A DNA stretch of 64,000 nt, from positions 631,986 through 695,985 of the forward strand of contig CAVYKI010000006.1 of assembly GCA_963769025.1 (NCBI GenBank), read 5' to 3'. The stretch comes from an uncultured Verrucomicrobiae bacterium. GTDB lineage: Bacteria > Verrucomicrobiota > Verrucomicrobiia > Chthoniobacterales > Chthoniobacteraceae. The translations under genes were made by a program, and so were the position numbers. Shown here piece after piece: positions 1 to 10,160 of this stretch. The notes below the pieces were generated by a model. It made no database searches, had not been told where the DNA came from, and saw only the letters and a list, made by a program, of their open reading frames with translations. The number at the start of each line of letters is the position of its first letter. Within the stretch, counting starts at the first letter, position 1.

Positions 1-1564
1 CCTGCGTGTGATAATACCAGGCGTAGAGGTCCGCGCTGTCCCCATGGTATTTCACCGGCATTCGCGTCTCGGTTTGATCGAGCAGCCATTCCATGCCTTT
101 GCGGAGCGCGGCGCGGTCGGCGCGCCAGAAGAGCTGACAGAGGATTCCGACGCCGGTGAGGCTGTACTTGTCCCCGGCCTCGCGGTATCCGTATCCGCCT
201 CTCGGGCCGCGCACGCGCTCAATGTAGGCGATGGCCTTGTCGAGCGCGACATCGACTCCGGCGATTTTGATCTGGCTGAGGTGCGCGGCCTTGAGCGCCT
301 GGATCTGCCAGCCGCTCACCGAGAGGTCGTCCTCGCTTTGGTCGTAGGAATACATCCACCCGCCGCCGGGGCCCTGGCCTTGGACGATGTAGCCGATGGC
401 CTGCTTGAAAAGTGCGGCGACGCGTTCGTCCTTGGTCATCGTGTAGTACTCACCGAGCGCGTAGGCGCAGATGGCGTGCTCATAGACGCCGGACTGATTG
501 AAGGAACTGGCCATGTGCAGCCGGCCTTCGTGCTTGGTGCCGTTGTCGAGGATCCACTGGACGGCACTTTTCACCGTCGAGCCGAATCCCGGCGACGTCG
601 GCGTTTCGCCATGCCCGAGGAAGCAGAGCAGGCCGAGGCCGGTCATCGCTCCCTTGTTGCTGTCGCCCCACGAACCGTCCGCGTTCTGGTTCTGCATCAG
701 CCAGACGAGGCCGTTCAGGACCGCCTGCTCGGACTTGGGCTTCATACCGTTCAGCGCCATCGCCTTTGCCATGCCGACGCCGGTGCGGCCACCCATGGCG
801 CCGGGGAGGCTGCCGGCAAATCCCCGCGCCGCCGCGACCCTCACCTTCACTTGCGGGATGGCGACCTTGAAATTGCTGGCCGGGGTCGCGGTGGTGATCA
901 CGTTCACCGTCGGCGCGTCGAGGTTCGGCGTCGGTTGCACGACCTTCTCCGTGGGCACCGAGTCAGCGGGCGTCTCCGGCGGTGCCAAAAGGTCGTCCGT
1001 CGACGCAATCAGCCCGTTTCCACCCTCGGCGACGAAATCCGGCGGCTCCACGGCCACTTTGTAAAAGACGAACGTCCCCGCGAGAATCACGATGATCGTA
1101 TGGATGACCAGCGAGAGCATGAAGTAGCGCGACTCGGCGAGAGTCTGCTGCAGCCGTTGCGCAAAGGTCAGCGACTCGACCGGTTCGATCGGTTCGATCG
1201 GCTTGACCGATTCGGCGCGTTGCTCGGCCTTCGCGGTGACCGGGATGGGGGGCGGCATGTCCGCGGCGGACTGCTTTTCGCGGCGGTAATAGCAGACGAT
1301 CGGGCCAAAGCGAATCTCGTCTCCCTCCGAGAGCGGCGCTTCGCTGATCCGTTTCCGGTTCAGTTTGGTCCCGTTGGATGACGTCAGATCCCGGAGCAGC
1401 GTCTTGCCGTCCTTGGTGGTGACTTCGGCGTGAAAAATCGAAACGAACTCGTGATCCAAGACGACGGTGTTCTTCGGATGGCGCCCGATGGAAATCAGAT
1501 CACCAGCGACCGGAAAGGTCCGGGATTTGCCGGTGTCAGATTCGAAAACTAGCTGGTGGGCCAT
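1..1564 (-). CDS. FHA domain + prenyltransferase/squalene-oxidase (QW-repeat) membrane-anchored protein; runs off the window start
   Basis: Not in the ORF track. Manual minus-strand translation from ATG at 1564: [48 protein letters not shown]...[13 protein letters not shown] (FHA GR/SxxH/SxNGT motifs), a hydrophobic segment, then [15 protein letters not shown] and [15 protein letters not shown]-like repeats. Confidence 0.8.
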   Translation of the reverse strand, partial: MAHQLVFESDTGKSRTFPVAGDLISIGRHPKNTVVLDHEFVSIFHAEVTTKDGKTLLRDLTSSNGTKLNRKRISEAPLSEGDEIRFGPIVCYYRREKQSAADMPPPIPVTAKAEQRAESVKPIEPIEPVESLTFAQRLQQTLAESRYFMLSLVIHTIIVILAGTFVFYKVAVEPPDFVAEGGNGLIASTDDLLAPPETPADSVPTEKVVQPTPNLDAPTVNVITTATPASNFKVAIPQVKVRVAAARGFAGSLPGAMGGRTGVGMAKAMALNGMKPKSEQAVLNGLVWLMQNQNADGSWGDSNKGAMTGLGLLCFLGHGETPTSPGFGSTVKSAVQWILDNGTKHEGRLHMASSFNQSGVYEHAICAYALGEYYTMTKDERVAALFKQAIGYIVQGQGPGGGWMYSYDQSEDDLSVSGWQIQALKAAHLSQIKIAGVDVALDKAIAYIERVRGPRGGYGYREAGDKYSLTGVGILCQLFWRADRAALRKGMEWLLDQTETRMPVKYHGDSADLYAWYYHTQ

Positions 1565-1811
1565 ACGAGGGGCGTATGAGAGTCATGAATTCAGCCGTCG
1601 AGGAAGCGAACGCAACCGAAATATCCCGCACGAGTCGCGGGAACGGCGGACGCGTCATGGGATGGTTGCGAAGGGCTGGCCGTTCGCCCGCGCAACCGTG
1701 CAGGAGATCAGCATCAAGTTCGCCGCGCGGCTTTGCGACAAGCCGCGGGCGCCACGCGATGCCATCCATGTCGGCCGACTTCGGAGGCAACTCGCTCATC
1801 GGCGCCATGAC

Positions 1812-2408
1812 GCCGCGGCGCTGTCGCAGGTGCCGATGTTGCCGGATGAATTTGCGGCGCAGAAGGATCTCTTCCCGGAGGGGCGCCTCGACCAGGACAT
1901 GCAGCAGGTCGATCTGCGCGAGCGCAACTCATGGCGGCTCATGCTCGCCGAGGTGCCGGCCGTGGAACTGCTGGAGGTCCAGCTCGTGAATGCCATCGCG
2001 CCTTTCATCCTGAACGCCCGGCTGAAGCCGCTCATGCTGCGGTGCCCGGAGCGCGACAAGCACATCGTGAATGTCTCCGCCGTCGAGGGGCAGTTCTACC
2101 GCAGTTTCAAGACGACGCGGCATCCGCACACGAACATGGCCAAGGCCGCGCTCAACATGATGACGCGCACTTCGGCCACGGATTACTTCGCCGATGGCAT
2201 CCACATGAACAGCGTGGACACCGGCTGGGTGACGGACGAAGACCCCGCGCACATCGCTGCGCGCAAGGTCGAGGAACACCGCTTCCATCCGCCGCTCGAC
2301 ATCGTGGACGGCGCGGCGCGGATCGTGGACCCGATCATCGCCGGCTTTAACACTGGCGAGCACGTGTGGGGAAAATTCCTGAAGGACTACAAGCCCGCAC
2401 ACTGGTAG
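1812..2408 (+). pseudogene. C-terminal fragment of an SDR-family oxidoreductase
   Basis: [29 protein letters not shown] and MNSVDTGWV motifs; no N-terminal TGxxxGIG Rossmann motif, and only ~250 bp lie upstream before the divergent FHA gene. Confidence 0.65.
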
Positions 2409-2570
2409 CAGGGCGGGGATACCAGATTTGCGGGCAGCGTAATCTGAGATACACGACGTTGTACCGCCAAACGCACTCCTTCCTCGCAACCGTGAACCAT
2501 ATCCGACACGAACTGTTCCTCACATGGCGCCCGACCAATGAAGCGGGCGACTTCGATTCAGTTTTTGACA

Positions 2571-3002
2571 ATGAGCATGTTCGCTTGGAATTGGGAAAAT
2601 AGCGCGTTGCAGCTTGGAAAGCTGCTCGCGGCTTTCGTCGTGACGCTGCCTGTGGCTTGGAATCGCGAGCGCGCAGATCGCGTAATGGGGTTGCGGACGT
2701 TTCCGCTCGTTGCGATGGCGAGCTGCGGGTTTATGCTTCTTGCGGAAAGTGCGTTTGCCTCCCATCCGGACGCTCAGGCGCGGGCTCTCCAAGGAATCAT
2801 AACCGGGATCGGATTCATCGGAGCGGGCGCGATTTTGAAGCAGGACGGGAGCGTGAAAGGGAGCGCTACGGCGGCGAGCATTTGGAACGTTGGAGCGATC
2901 GGAGCGGCGGTTGCGCTCGGGCGCTATGAGATCGCAGTCCTGCTTGGCTTGGCCGATTTTCTCATCCTTCGTTACCTGTCGAAGTTGAAGCATGAAAAAT
3001 AG
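2571..3002 (+). CDS. MgtC/SapB family membrane protein
   Basis: GLRTFPLVA, QGIITGIGFIGAGAILK and GSATAASIW motifs. Confidence 0.9.
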   Translation: MSMFAWNWENSALQLGKLLAAFVVTLPVAWNRERADRVMGLRTFPLVAMASCGFMLLAESAFASHPDAQARALQGIITGIGFIGAGAILKQDGSVKGSATAASIWNVGAIGAAVALGRYEIAVLLGLADFLILRYLSKLKHEK

Positions 3003-3066
3003 ACGTTCGCTGCTTCGCATCCTGAAGGGTGAGGGAAGACCTGGATGCGGGTCGAGGAAACCGATC

Positions 3067-4527
3067 ATGCGAGAGCTTTTGCGGGTTGTTTTTGTGTGCG
3101 GCTTGTTGGCCTCCGCGGGTTCGGCTCAGGTGCCCGGAGCCAAGCCCGGCGAGCCGCCATCACCCACTTCCGCGAAGGAAGAACTTTCGCTGGCTCCGGC
3201 GAAGGTGGTCGTCAACCCCGTGGCGCGGGACGAAGAAATTCGCAAACGTCTCCAGAGTGTCATGGATGCAACCGAGTGGTTCACCGTGCCGGAAGTCCGG
3301 GTCCAGGAGGGCGTCGTTTTTCTCAAGGGGAGGGCGGCAACCGCGGAGCTTAAAAAGTGGGCCGGCGATCTGGCTCGCAACACGCAGGACGTCGTCGCGG
3401 TCGCCAATCGGATGGAAGTGGCGGAGCCATCGACTTGGGATATGAGTCCAGCGTGGAATGGCCTTCTCGCACTCTGGCGTGATTTCCTCCGCTCGCTTCC
3501 ATTGCTTGCTTTCGGCATCCTTATCCTCGCCTTGTCTGTGGGGGCGGCTATCTTTGCCACACGGAAATCGCGTTCACTTTTAGTGGAGCGCATTCAGGCC
3601 AAACTCCTCCGGAATGTCGTCGCAGGAATCATTGGCGCGTTCGTGTTTCTTTTCGGGACCTACATCGTTCTCAGGGTCTCCGGTCTGACCCAGCTGGCAT
3701 TGACCATCATAGGTGGAACGGGCCTCGTTGGGTTGGCCGTGGGTATCGCCTTCCGGGACATTACTGAGAACTTTCTGGCCAGCATTTTTCTGAGCATCCA
3801 GCGGCCTTTTGAAATGGGCGACCTCGTTGAGGTCTCGGGGGTGACCGGTTACGTGCAGCAATTGAATGTGCGCACGACGATCTTGATGACCCTTGATGGC
3901 AACTTGGTGCAGATCCCAAACGCCAGCGTTTACAAGAGCAACCTTCGCAACTTCACCACCAACGCCAATCGTCGGGAGGTCTTCGACGTCGGGATCGGTT
4001 ACGATGACTCGATTGGTGAGGCGCAGGAGATTGCGCTCAAAGTGCTCACGGACCATCCGGCTGTATTGAATGACCCCGAGCCGTCGGTGCTGGCCGAAAG
4101 CCTGGGGAAAGCGACCGTCAACCTCCGGGTTTATTTTTGGGTCAACGGCCGCGAGCACAGTTGGATGAAAGTACGATCTTCGCTCATCCGCCTCGTGAAA
4201 CGGGCGTTTCAAAAGCATGGCATCTCGATGCCCGACGAAGCCCGCGAGGTTGTCTTTCCCCGTGGAATTCCGGTCACGATGCTGAACGCGAAACCAGAGG
4301 AGGAGGCTGATGGCGCGACGGAAAAAAGCCCCAAGACCGGGCCAACGGCTGAAGAACCTGAGGCGACTTCCACGAAAGCGGAAGCCGGCTTGTATAGCGA
4401 AGAGGGCGTCATCAAGGAACAGGCTCGCCAAGCTCAACCACTGCCTGCAGCGGACAATCTTTTGGCCGGTGCACCGGACGCGCCTCCTCGTCGGGAACCG
4501 GATCCTCGAGGTTCGCGAGCTTCGTAG
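3067..4527 (+). CDS. MscS-family mechanosensitive channel with N-terminal BON domain
   Basis: Signal peptide; BON-like VRVQEGVVFLKG...VVAVANRMEV; GLAVGIAFRDITENFLA, RPFEMGDLV and IPNA MscS motifs. Confidence 0.9.
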   Translation: MRELLRVVFVCGLLASAGSAQVPGAKPGEPPSPTSAKEELSLAPAKVVVNPVARDEEIRKRLQSVMDATEWFTVPEVRVQEGVVFLKGRAATAELKKWAGDLARNTQDVVAVANRMEVAEPSTWDMSPAWNGLLALWRDFLRSLPLLAFGILILALSVGAAIFATRKSRSLLVERIQAKLLRNVVAGIIGAFVFLFGTYIVLRVSGLTQLALTIIGGTGLVGLAVGIAFRDITENFLASIFLSIQRPFEMGDLVEVSGVTGYVQQLNVRTTILMTLDGNLVQIPNASVYKSNLRNFTTNANRREVFDVGIGYDDSIGEAQEIALKVLTDHPAVLNDPEPSVLAESLGKATVNLRVYFWVNGREHSWMKVRSSLIRLVKRAFQKHGISMPDEAREVVFPRGIPVTMLNAKPEEEADGATEKSPKTGPTAEEPEATSTKAEAGLYSEEGVIKEQARQAQPLPAADNLLAGAPDAPPRREPDPRGSRAS

Positions 4528-4760
4528 CAGTGGTCGTGGGGCGGATTTTCTGGCTGTCATCGACCAGCCGAGCAAACGAAAAGGTGTCCCGCCGCTCCGA
4601 CTGGCCATTCCGAAGGGATGAGCCCTGACGCCTGTCGCGAGCAATCTCGAAACGGAGCAGTGGTGGGACGAAAACAGGGTGTAGTGGCGCCGCGACAGTG
4701 ATGTCGGATTTCACGACGATTTTCCAGCTGCCTGCCTCGGTCCTACAGGGTAGCGGGCGC

Positions 4761-4777
4761 TTGGCACGGGGAACGCA
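4761..4777 (+). promoter_or_regulatory. Putative sigma54 -24/-12 promoter
   Basis: TTGGCACGGGGAACGCA: GG at 4763-64, 10 nt, GC at 4775-76; 35 nt upstream of the ECF sigma ATG at 4812. Confidence 0.55.
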
Positions 4778-4811
4778 AAGGACGGAAGGCGAACCCAAAA
4801 CCCAACCATTT

Positions 4812-5525
4812 ATGCTCCATTCATTCGAACAAGCTTGCGGTAAAAGTCTCGTCACCCTCGTCATCGGACCGACCGACGAGCAGCTCATGGAACGTATCCA
4901 GCAAGGAGACGAAACGGCCTTGGCGGCCCTTCATCGTCGGCATCGCGCGCTCATTCGCACGATTATCGGCCGCATGATCTACAACGACCACGATGTTGAC
5001 GAACTCGTTCAGGATTGTTTCCTCGATCTTTGGCGCCATGCGTCCAATTTCGACGGCACGAAAGGCCAGGTGCTGGGTTGGATCGTGACGCTTGCCCGCC
5101 GTCGGACGATCGATCGCATCCGTCGCAAGTCGGCCTACTCTAGGGCGCAGGATCGTTTCCGCGAGGAATGCTCAATGACCTGTGAAAGCGAACATGGGGG
5201 GGCCGATGAAGAAGCCGCCGGCAGTGATCGGGCCGAGGCGGTATCCCGCCTGATCGGCCGGCTTCCGGAAGCGCAGCAGGAGGCGGTGCGCCTTGCGTTT
5301 TTCAATGGCATGACCCAGCGCCAGATCGCCGCCCATACCGGCATCCCGCTCGGCACGATCAAGACGCGGCTTGAACTCGCCCTCCGGAAACTCCGCTCGT
5401 CTGTCCTCGCCTTCGGGGAATTGCATGATCCGGTCCGGACCCCGGCGGTTCGTCCGCAATGTCACGCGCACCAGAACGCCGGAAGCGCGCCTGAGGCATT
5501 GGATGTGGAGCTGGCAGCGGCTTAA
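4812..5525 (+). CDS. ECF sigma-70 family RNA polymerase sigma factor
   Basis: DEQLMERIQQGDETAL, DELVQDCFLDLWR and WIVTLARRRTID (region 2); GMTQRQIAAHTGIPLGTIKTRL (region 4). Start uncertain. Confidence 0.9.
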   Translation: MLHSFEQACGKSLVTLVIGPTDEQLMERIQQGDETALAALHRRHRALIRTIIGRMIYNDHDVDELVQDCFLDLWRHASNFDGTKGQVLGWIVTLARRRTIDRIRRKSAYSRAQDRFREECSMTCESEHGGADEEAAGSDRAEAVSRLIGRLPEAQQEAVRLAFFNGMTQRQIAAHTGIPLGTIKTRLELALRKLRSSVLAFGELHDPVRTPAVRPQCHAHQNAGSAPEALDVELAAA

Positions 5526-6913
5526 GCAGACAGTCCGAATTGTCGGAGCTTCGCGTAGACCGTCGCGCGATGAATGCCGAGAAGCCGGGCGGCGTGCGCC
5601 TTGTTGCCGTTTGCGCGGCGCAGCGCCTCGATCAAGGTTTCACGCGCTGCGTCGGCGAACGAGACCGGGGATGCCGCGCGGACCAGCGGCAAAGGCGCAA
5701 GGTCGGGCCGCTGGATTTCCCGTGGGAAATGGCGAGGGCTCAATATCGGTTCATCGCAAAGCACGAGCGCGTGCTCGATGGCATTTTGAAGTTCCCGCAC
5801 GTTGCCTGGCCAGGGATATCCCCGCAGCATCTCGAGCACTTCGAGATCAAGCTTCGGCGGCACTTTGCCCAGTTGCTTTGCGAACCGACGCAGGAAAGTG
5901 TCCGTGAGCTTTGGCAGATCTTCCCAGCGTTCGCGCAGTGGCGGAATCTCGATTTCGAACGTCTTCAATCGGAAATACAAATCCTGGCGGAGCCTGCCTT
6001 CCTGCACGGCTTTCGCGGGAGGGCGATTGCATGCAGCGATGAGCCGGAAATCGACGGGTCGGCTCTTCGTGGTTCCGAGCGGCCGATACTCGCGATCCTG
6101 AAGCACGCGCAGGAACCGGGTCTGCAGTTCGATCGGCATCTCCGTGATCTCATCGAGAAAAAGCGTTCCGCCATTTGCTTCCGCGACCATGCCGGGAAAT
6201 GCCGACACCGCTCCGGTGAAGGCTCCCTTGGCGTAGCCGAAAAGTTCTCCCTCGATCATATTCGCGGGAAAGGCTCCGCAGTTCAGCTTCACCATCATGG
6301 CGCGCACCCGCGCGCTGCCCGCGTGCAGCCGGGCGGCGACGACTTCCTTGCCGACTCCGCTCTCACCCGTGAGCAACACATTCGAATCGCTGGGAGCGAT
6401 GCGGGCGACGAGCTGCTCGACTTCGCGCATCCTTCGGCTCAGCGCCACCGGCGCGAGCTGTTCTTCTGCCGCGCGCAGCTTTATCTGCAATTGCGCCTTT
6501 TCCTTTTCGAGCGCAGCCGTTCTTTCCACGAGGGCTCGTTGCTCCAGGGCACGGCCGCACAGGCTGACGAGTTCTTCCACCGCATACGGTTTTGCCAGAA
6601 AATGGAATGCTCCGAGCTTGATGGATTCCACTGCGTTCGCGAGCGAATCATGCGCAGTGAGGATCATCACCGGGACTTCCGGTTGCTCGGCTTTGAGGTC
6701 CTTCAACACAGCGAGCCCGTCCGCATCGGGCAGACCCAGGTCGAGCAGAACGAGGTCCGGCTTCAATTCCGCCACCTTCCGCCGGCCCTGCGCGGCGGTC
6801 GGGGCAATCTCCACGGCAAACCCATTGCGTCGCAGCACCGCCGTCAGCGTTGCCTGCGCATTGCGCTCATCATCGATGACGACAATCGTTGGAATTCGTT
6901 CATTCATGCGCAT
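5522..6913 (-). CDS. Sigma54-dependent NtrC-family response regulator (REC-AAA+-HTH)
   Basis: REC (DLVLLDLGLPD), GESGVGKE, GAFTGA, LFLDEI, WPGNVRELQN and a Fis-type HTH. Confidence 0.95.
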   Translation of the reverse strand: MRMNERIPTIVVIDDERNAQATLTAVLRRNGFAVEIAPTAAQGRRKVAELKPDLVLLDLGLPDADGLAVLKDLKAEQPEVPVMILTAHDSLANAVESIKLGAFHFLAKPYAVEELVSLCGRALEQRALVERTAALEKEKAQLQIKLRAAEEQLAPVALSRRMREVEQLVARIAPSDSNVLLTGESGVGKEVVAARLHAGSARVRAMMVKLNCGAFPANMIEGELFGYAKGAFTGAVSAFPGMVAEANGGTLFLDEITEMPIELQTRFLRVLQDREYRPLGTTKSRPVDFRLIAACNRPPAKAVQEGRLRQDLYFRLKTFEIEIPPLRERWEDLPKLTDTFLRRFAKQLGKVPPKLDLEVLEMLRGYPWPGNVRELQNAIEHALVLCDEPILSPRHFPREIQRPDLAPLPLVRAASPVSFADAARETLIEALRRANGNKAHAARLLGIHRATVYAKLRQFGLSA

Positions 6914-7027
6914 TGCGGGACTCGTCCGAAAGCTGTGGACGCCAATAGCGCGAACCGTGGCGCGAAGGGGAAGAAGGCGAGTGCTGTAACCTGCATGACC
7001 TACGGGAAGGAACCGAATGAAAGGTGA

Positions 7028-7068
7028 TAAAAAGAAAGCGGCGCAGACTCGTGCGAGACCGCGCCGCT
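7028..7068 (-). terminator. Intrinsic terminator downstream of csbD-like gene
   Basis: Hairpin AGCGGCGC...GCGCCGCT preceded by an A-run on + (U-tract on -). Confidence 0.55.
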
Positions 7069-7090
7069 GCTCCGAAACGAATGGACGAGA

Positions 7091-7276
7091 CTACAGCGCC
7101 TCAATTTCGTCGCGGATCTGGTCCTTCGTACGGCCGAGCTTCTTTTGCAGGCGTCCCAGCAACTCGTCGTCCTTACCTTCGGCGAACGTGAGATCGTCGT
7201 CGGTGAGGTTAGCGTATTTCTGCTTCAGCTTGCCTTTGAGCTCGTTCCAAGAGCCTTTGAGTTGGAGTTTATTCAT
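7091..7276 (-). CDS. CsbD/YjbJ family general stress protein
   Basis: [23 protein letters not shown]...[16 protein letters not shown]. Confidence 0.92.
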   Translation of the reverse strand: MNKLQLKGSWNELKGKLKQKYANLTDDDLTFAEGKDDELLGRLQKKLGRTKDQIRDEIEAL

Positions 7277-7337
7277 AGCAAACGTGGATCGCCACTCGCG
7301 CGCGGGATGGATGGGTGAAACTTTGCCGATGCTCCCG

Positions 7338-7526
7338 TCACGAACGTCGGGGGCTTTTCTTCTCTCCCAACTGCTTGCTTTCCTTCGTCAGTTTTTCCCG
7401 CTCGCGTCCGCTGGCGTGCTCGGCCTCGGCTTGCAGGTCGAGTGCTCGCTTTTGCCGCTCGGCGAGATGTCGGGTCTCACGAGGTTTGGACGCTCCAGTT
7501 CGTGTCGTCTCTTTTTCATCAGGCAT
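7338..7526 (-). CDS. Small hydrophilic hypothetical protein
   Basis: 62-aa charged ORF co-oriented with csbD; GGAG upstream. Confidence 0.4.
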   Translation of the reverse strand: MPDEKETTRTGASKPRETRHLAERQKRALDLQAEAEHASGREREKLTKESKQLGEKKSPRRS

Positions 7527-7684
7527 AGCGCTCCGGGATCGAAATCAGCGCTCTGTTGGCCGTATGCAAATGGAGGATTTGCGGGTCCCCTGTCCGGTTT
7601 TGCCGCGATCGTGCATGCCGTTTTGGATCGTGAAATACGTCCAGGGCACGAGTCCCGGGCGATGGTACCAGAAAAGCCGCTCTT

Positions 7685-7939
7685 ATGACACCCAGAGGAG
7701 ACAAACGCAGCTACACCGCCAAACAGAAGCGTCAAGCCGAGCACATCGAGGAAGGCTACGAAGATCGGGGTGTGCCAAAAAAAGAAGCTGCCGCCCGCGC
7801 GTGGGCCACCGTGAACAAAATGGACGGTGGAGGAAAGAAGAGCGGCTCGGGCCGGGGTAAGAAAACCAACAAAGCACGGGCCAAAAAAGGCGGTCGCAAG
7901 GGTGGGCGCTCGGGAAGCAAGCGGAAGACCAAAGCTTGA
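7685..7939 (+). CDS. Small basic stress-associated protein ('plasmid stabilization protein'-annotated family)
   Basis: PRGDKRSYTAKQKRQAEHIEEGYE...AARAWATVNK...GGGKKSGSG motif. Confidence 0.8.
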   Translation: MTPRGDKRSYTAKQKRQAEHIEEGYEDRGVPKKEAAARAWATVNKMDGGGKKSGSGRGKKTNKARAKKGGRKGGRSGSKRKTKA

Positions 7940-9395
7940 ACCCGCGATCACTCAGGCAGAGCGCTCCGACTTCGGGGCTGCAAGATCGGCAACTGCCAGC
8001 GCTTATGAGTGGCCGCAGTTTGGGCGGAGGTTGGATGAGGAAAGTTTCATCGGACGAATACATCCAAAATCGGGACATTCTGCGTTCGGAGGTTGCTATG
8101 AAAAAGTCAACGCAATCCACCAATCCCGAACCCTCTCACGACGAAATTTCCGCACGCGCGCAGCAGATTTACGAAGAACAGGGCTGCCCATGCGGGAAAG
8201 CTGAGGAGCACTGGCGCGAAGCCGAGTGCCAATTGCGGGAGGCGAAGGCCAGTGACGCAGAGATGGGTGTTGTAGGTGCCCCGGCGCCGACAAAACCCGT
8301 GGCGGGCGCTTAACAGACCGGCCAGTTCGAAAACTTCTGCCAGCAACTCTCCGAGCAGAAGCCCGGAGTCTGCTTCTGGTCCCGCCAAAGCTGCTCAGCC
8401 AACACAGGCCGCGGCGCGGTGCGCCTCGGAATCTGTTGAAATGAGCCAACGCCAATTCTTCCGCCTATTTGGCCGCGAGCTGCGAATTCGTTGTGGATGA
8501 AATCACTTCCATCGATATTTCGGGACGCCTTCGCCTCGTGGATGGCGCACAAGGGTCCCAAAATGGGCGCGGCTCTGGCGTATTACACGGCGTTCTCGCT
8601 GGCACCTCTGCTCGTGCTTCTTGCGGGCATTTTAGGATTGGTGATTGATAATGATACGGCACGGACAGCGCTTGTGGGTCAGATTCACGACCTCATGGGC
8701 GACGAGGGCGGTGCAATGGTCGAAGCGATCCTCCAACGCTCAGCACCGCACGAAAAGGGCGTATTGGCGACAATCATTGGCTCAGTGGTCTTGCTGTTAG
8801 GGGCGTCCGGCGTATTTGTTGAACTGCACGACTCGCTGAACACCATCTGGGAAACCCCGCCGCGCTCCCGGCCATGGGTTGCATTCATCTGCGAGCGGCT
8901 GCTGTCGTTCGCGATGGTGTTCGCCCTTGGCTTCCTCGTGCTGGTGTCGCTCGTCGCGTCGGCGATCCTCGCAGCGGTAGGTTCCTACGTGAAAGGCTGG
9001 GCACCTGGATTCGAGGTGCTCTTGGAAGCCGCCAACTCGCTGGTGTCGTTCGTGGTGGTCACGATGCTGTTCGGGGGACTGTTTCGGTTCCTGCCGGATG
9101 TGAAGGTCGCATGGCGCAATGTCTGGGCGGGAGCGGTCATCACGGCGGCGCTCTTCATTCTCGGAAAATTCCTCATTGGGTTCTACATCGGACGAAGCAG
9201 TTTCGCATCGGCGTACGGTGCCGCAGGATCCCTTGTGATCGTCCTGGTGTGGGTTTTCTATTCAGCGCAGATTTTCTTTTTCGGCGCGGAATTCACCCGG
9301 GCATTCGCACGCACGAACGGAGGCGTTCGAACGGCTCGGCATTCTGACCGCACGACATCCCTCGCTGCGATGCCTGCAGCACCGGAGGGCAACTT
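7882..9395 (+). repeat. 1,514-bp direct repeat, copy 1
   Basis: Matches 18837-20350 at constant offset 10,955; differences seen at 7984/18939 and 9064/20019. Confidence 0.95.
8098..8313 (+). CDS. DUF2934 domain protein (copy 1)
   Basis: EISARAQQIYEEQGCPCGKAEEHWREAE motif; GGAGG RBS. Confidence 0.85.
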   Translation: MKKSTQSTNPEPSHDEISARAQQIYEEQGCPCGKAEEHWREAECQLREAKASDAEMGVVGAPAPTKPVAGA

Positions 9396-9399
9396 ATGA
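8497..9399 (+). CDS. YihY/virulence factor BrkB family membrane protein (copy 1)
   Basis: GAALAYYTAFSLAPLL, LHDSLNTIW and SAYGAAGSLVIVLVWVFYSAQIFFFGAE. Confidence 0.92.
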   Translation: MKSLPSIFRDAFASWMAHKGPKMGAALAYYTAFSLAPLLVLLAGILGLVIDNDTARTALVGQIHDLMGDEGGAMVEAILQRSAPHEKGVLATIIGSVVLLLGASGVFVELHDSLNTIWETPPRSRPWVAFICERLLSFAMVFALGFLVLVSLVASAILAAVGSYVKGWAPGFEVLLEAANSLVSFVVVTMLFGGLFRFLPDVKVAWRNVWAGAVITAALFILGKFLIGFYIGRSSFASAYGAAGSLVIVLVWVFYSAQIFFFGAEFTRAFARTNGGVRTARHSDRTTSLAAMPAAPEGNL

Positions 9400-10079
9400 A
9401 CCCAAATATCAATGGCGCATCGAAGCGGCTGCTCGTGGTGGACGCCCATCCGATCGTGCGATACGGCATCCGGCACATGTTCGAGCAAGTCCCCGAGGTG
9501 ACGGTCTGTGGCGAGGCCGAAAATGGACGGTCGGCGCTCGAGGCTATGCGGGCTTTGAATCCGGATCTCGTGCTGATGGAAGTCGCGATGCCAGGAATGA
9601 ACGGCATCGAACTCATAAAGCTCATGCTCTCTGAACGCCCGCTGCTGAAGATACTGATGCTCTCGAACCACGATGAGTCCCTGTATGCCCTCCGGGCCCT
9701 CCGCGCGGGGGCAAAAGGCTATCTTACCAAGGCGCAACCCCTCGAACATATCGGCGACGCCCTCCGCAGCATCATCGAAGGTGCTACCTACGTGAGCCGT
9801 GAGTTCAGTGAGAGGCTGGTGTTCAAAGCCGTGCAGGGGAGCGAGAGCGATCTGGGCACTCCGGTGGACAAACTCTCGGACCGCGAACTCGAGGTCCTCC
9901 AACTGCTCGGGTGCGGGAAAACGACGCGGGAGATCGCTGCCGAACTCCATGTGAGCGTAAAAACGATCGAGACCCATCGAGCACACATCAAGGAGAAGCT
10001 GGGCTTCAAGGATGCAAAGGAATTGGTGCGCTTCGCGACCGAATGGAGGGCCTCTGGCGAGGGTGTGAACGGCGGCTGA
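9396..10079 (+). CDS. NarL/LuxR-family response regulator with atypical receiver residues
   Basis: REC + LSDRELEVLQLL...SVKTIETHR HTH. Reads VVDAH (usually DDH) and LVLMEVAMP (Glu at the phospho-Asp position). Confidence 0.9.
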   Translation: MNPNINGASKRLLVVDAHPIVRYGIRHMFEQVPEVTVCGEAENGRSALEAMRALNPDLVLMEVAMPGMNGIELIKLMLSERPLLKILMLSNHDESLYALRALRAGAKGYLTKAQPLEHIGDALRSIIEGATYVSREFSERLVFKAVQGSESDLGTPVDKLSDRELEVLQLLGCGKTTREIAAELHVSVKTIETHRAHIKEKLGFKDAKELVRFATEWRASGEGVNGG

Positions 10080-10160
10080 AACTCGCAGCGGGTTCCGCTT
10101 TTCCGAATTCCAGGTTCCGATGCTCCCGCGCGGAGACCGATCAAGGCTGCGTTCCGGCAG

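Noticed and set aside
8..1381. 457-aa plus-strand ORF
   Set aside because: Antisense shadow of the FHA/prenyltransferase gene.
7662..7677. Second sigma54 promoter (TGGTACCAGAAAAGC)
   Set aside because: GG-N10-GC spacing fits, but the predicted TSS would fall inside the downstream start region (ATG 7685).
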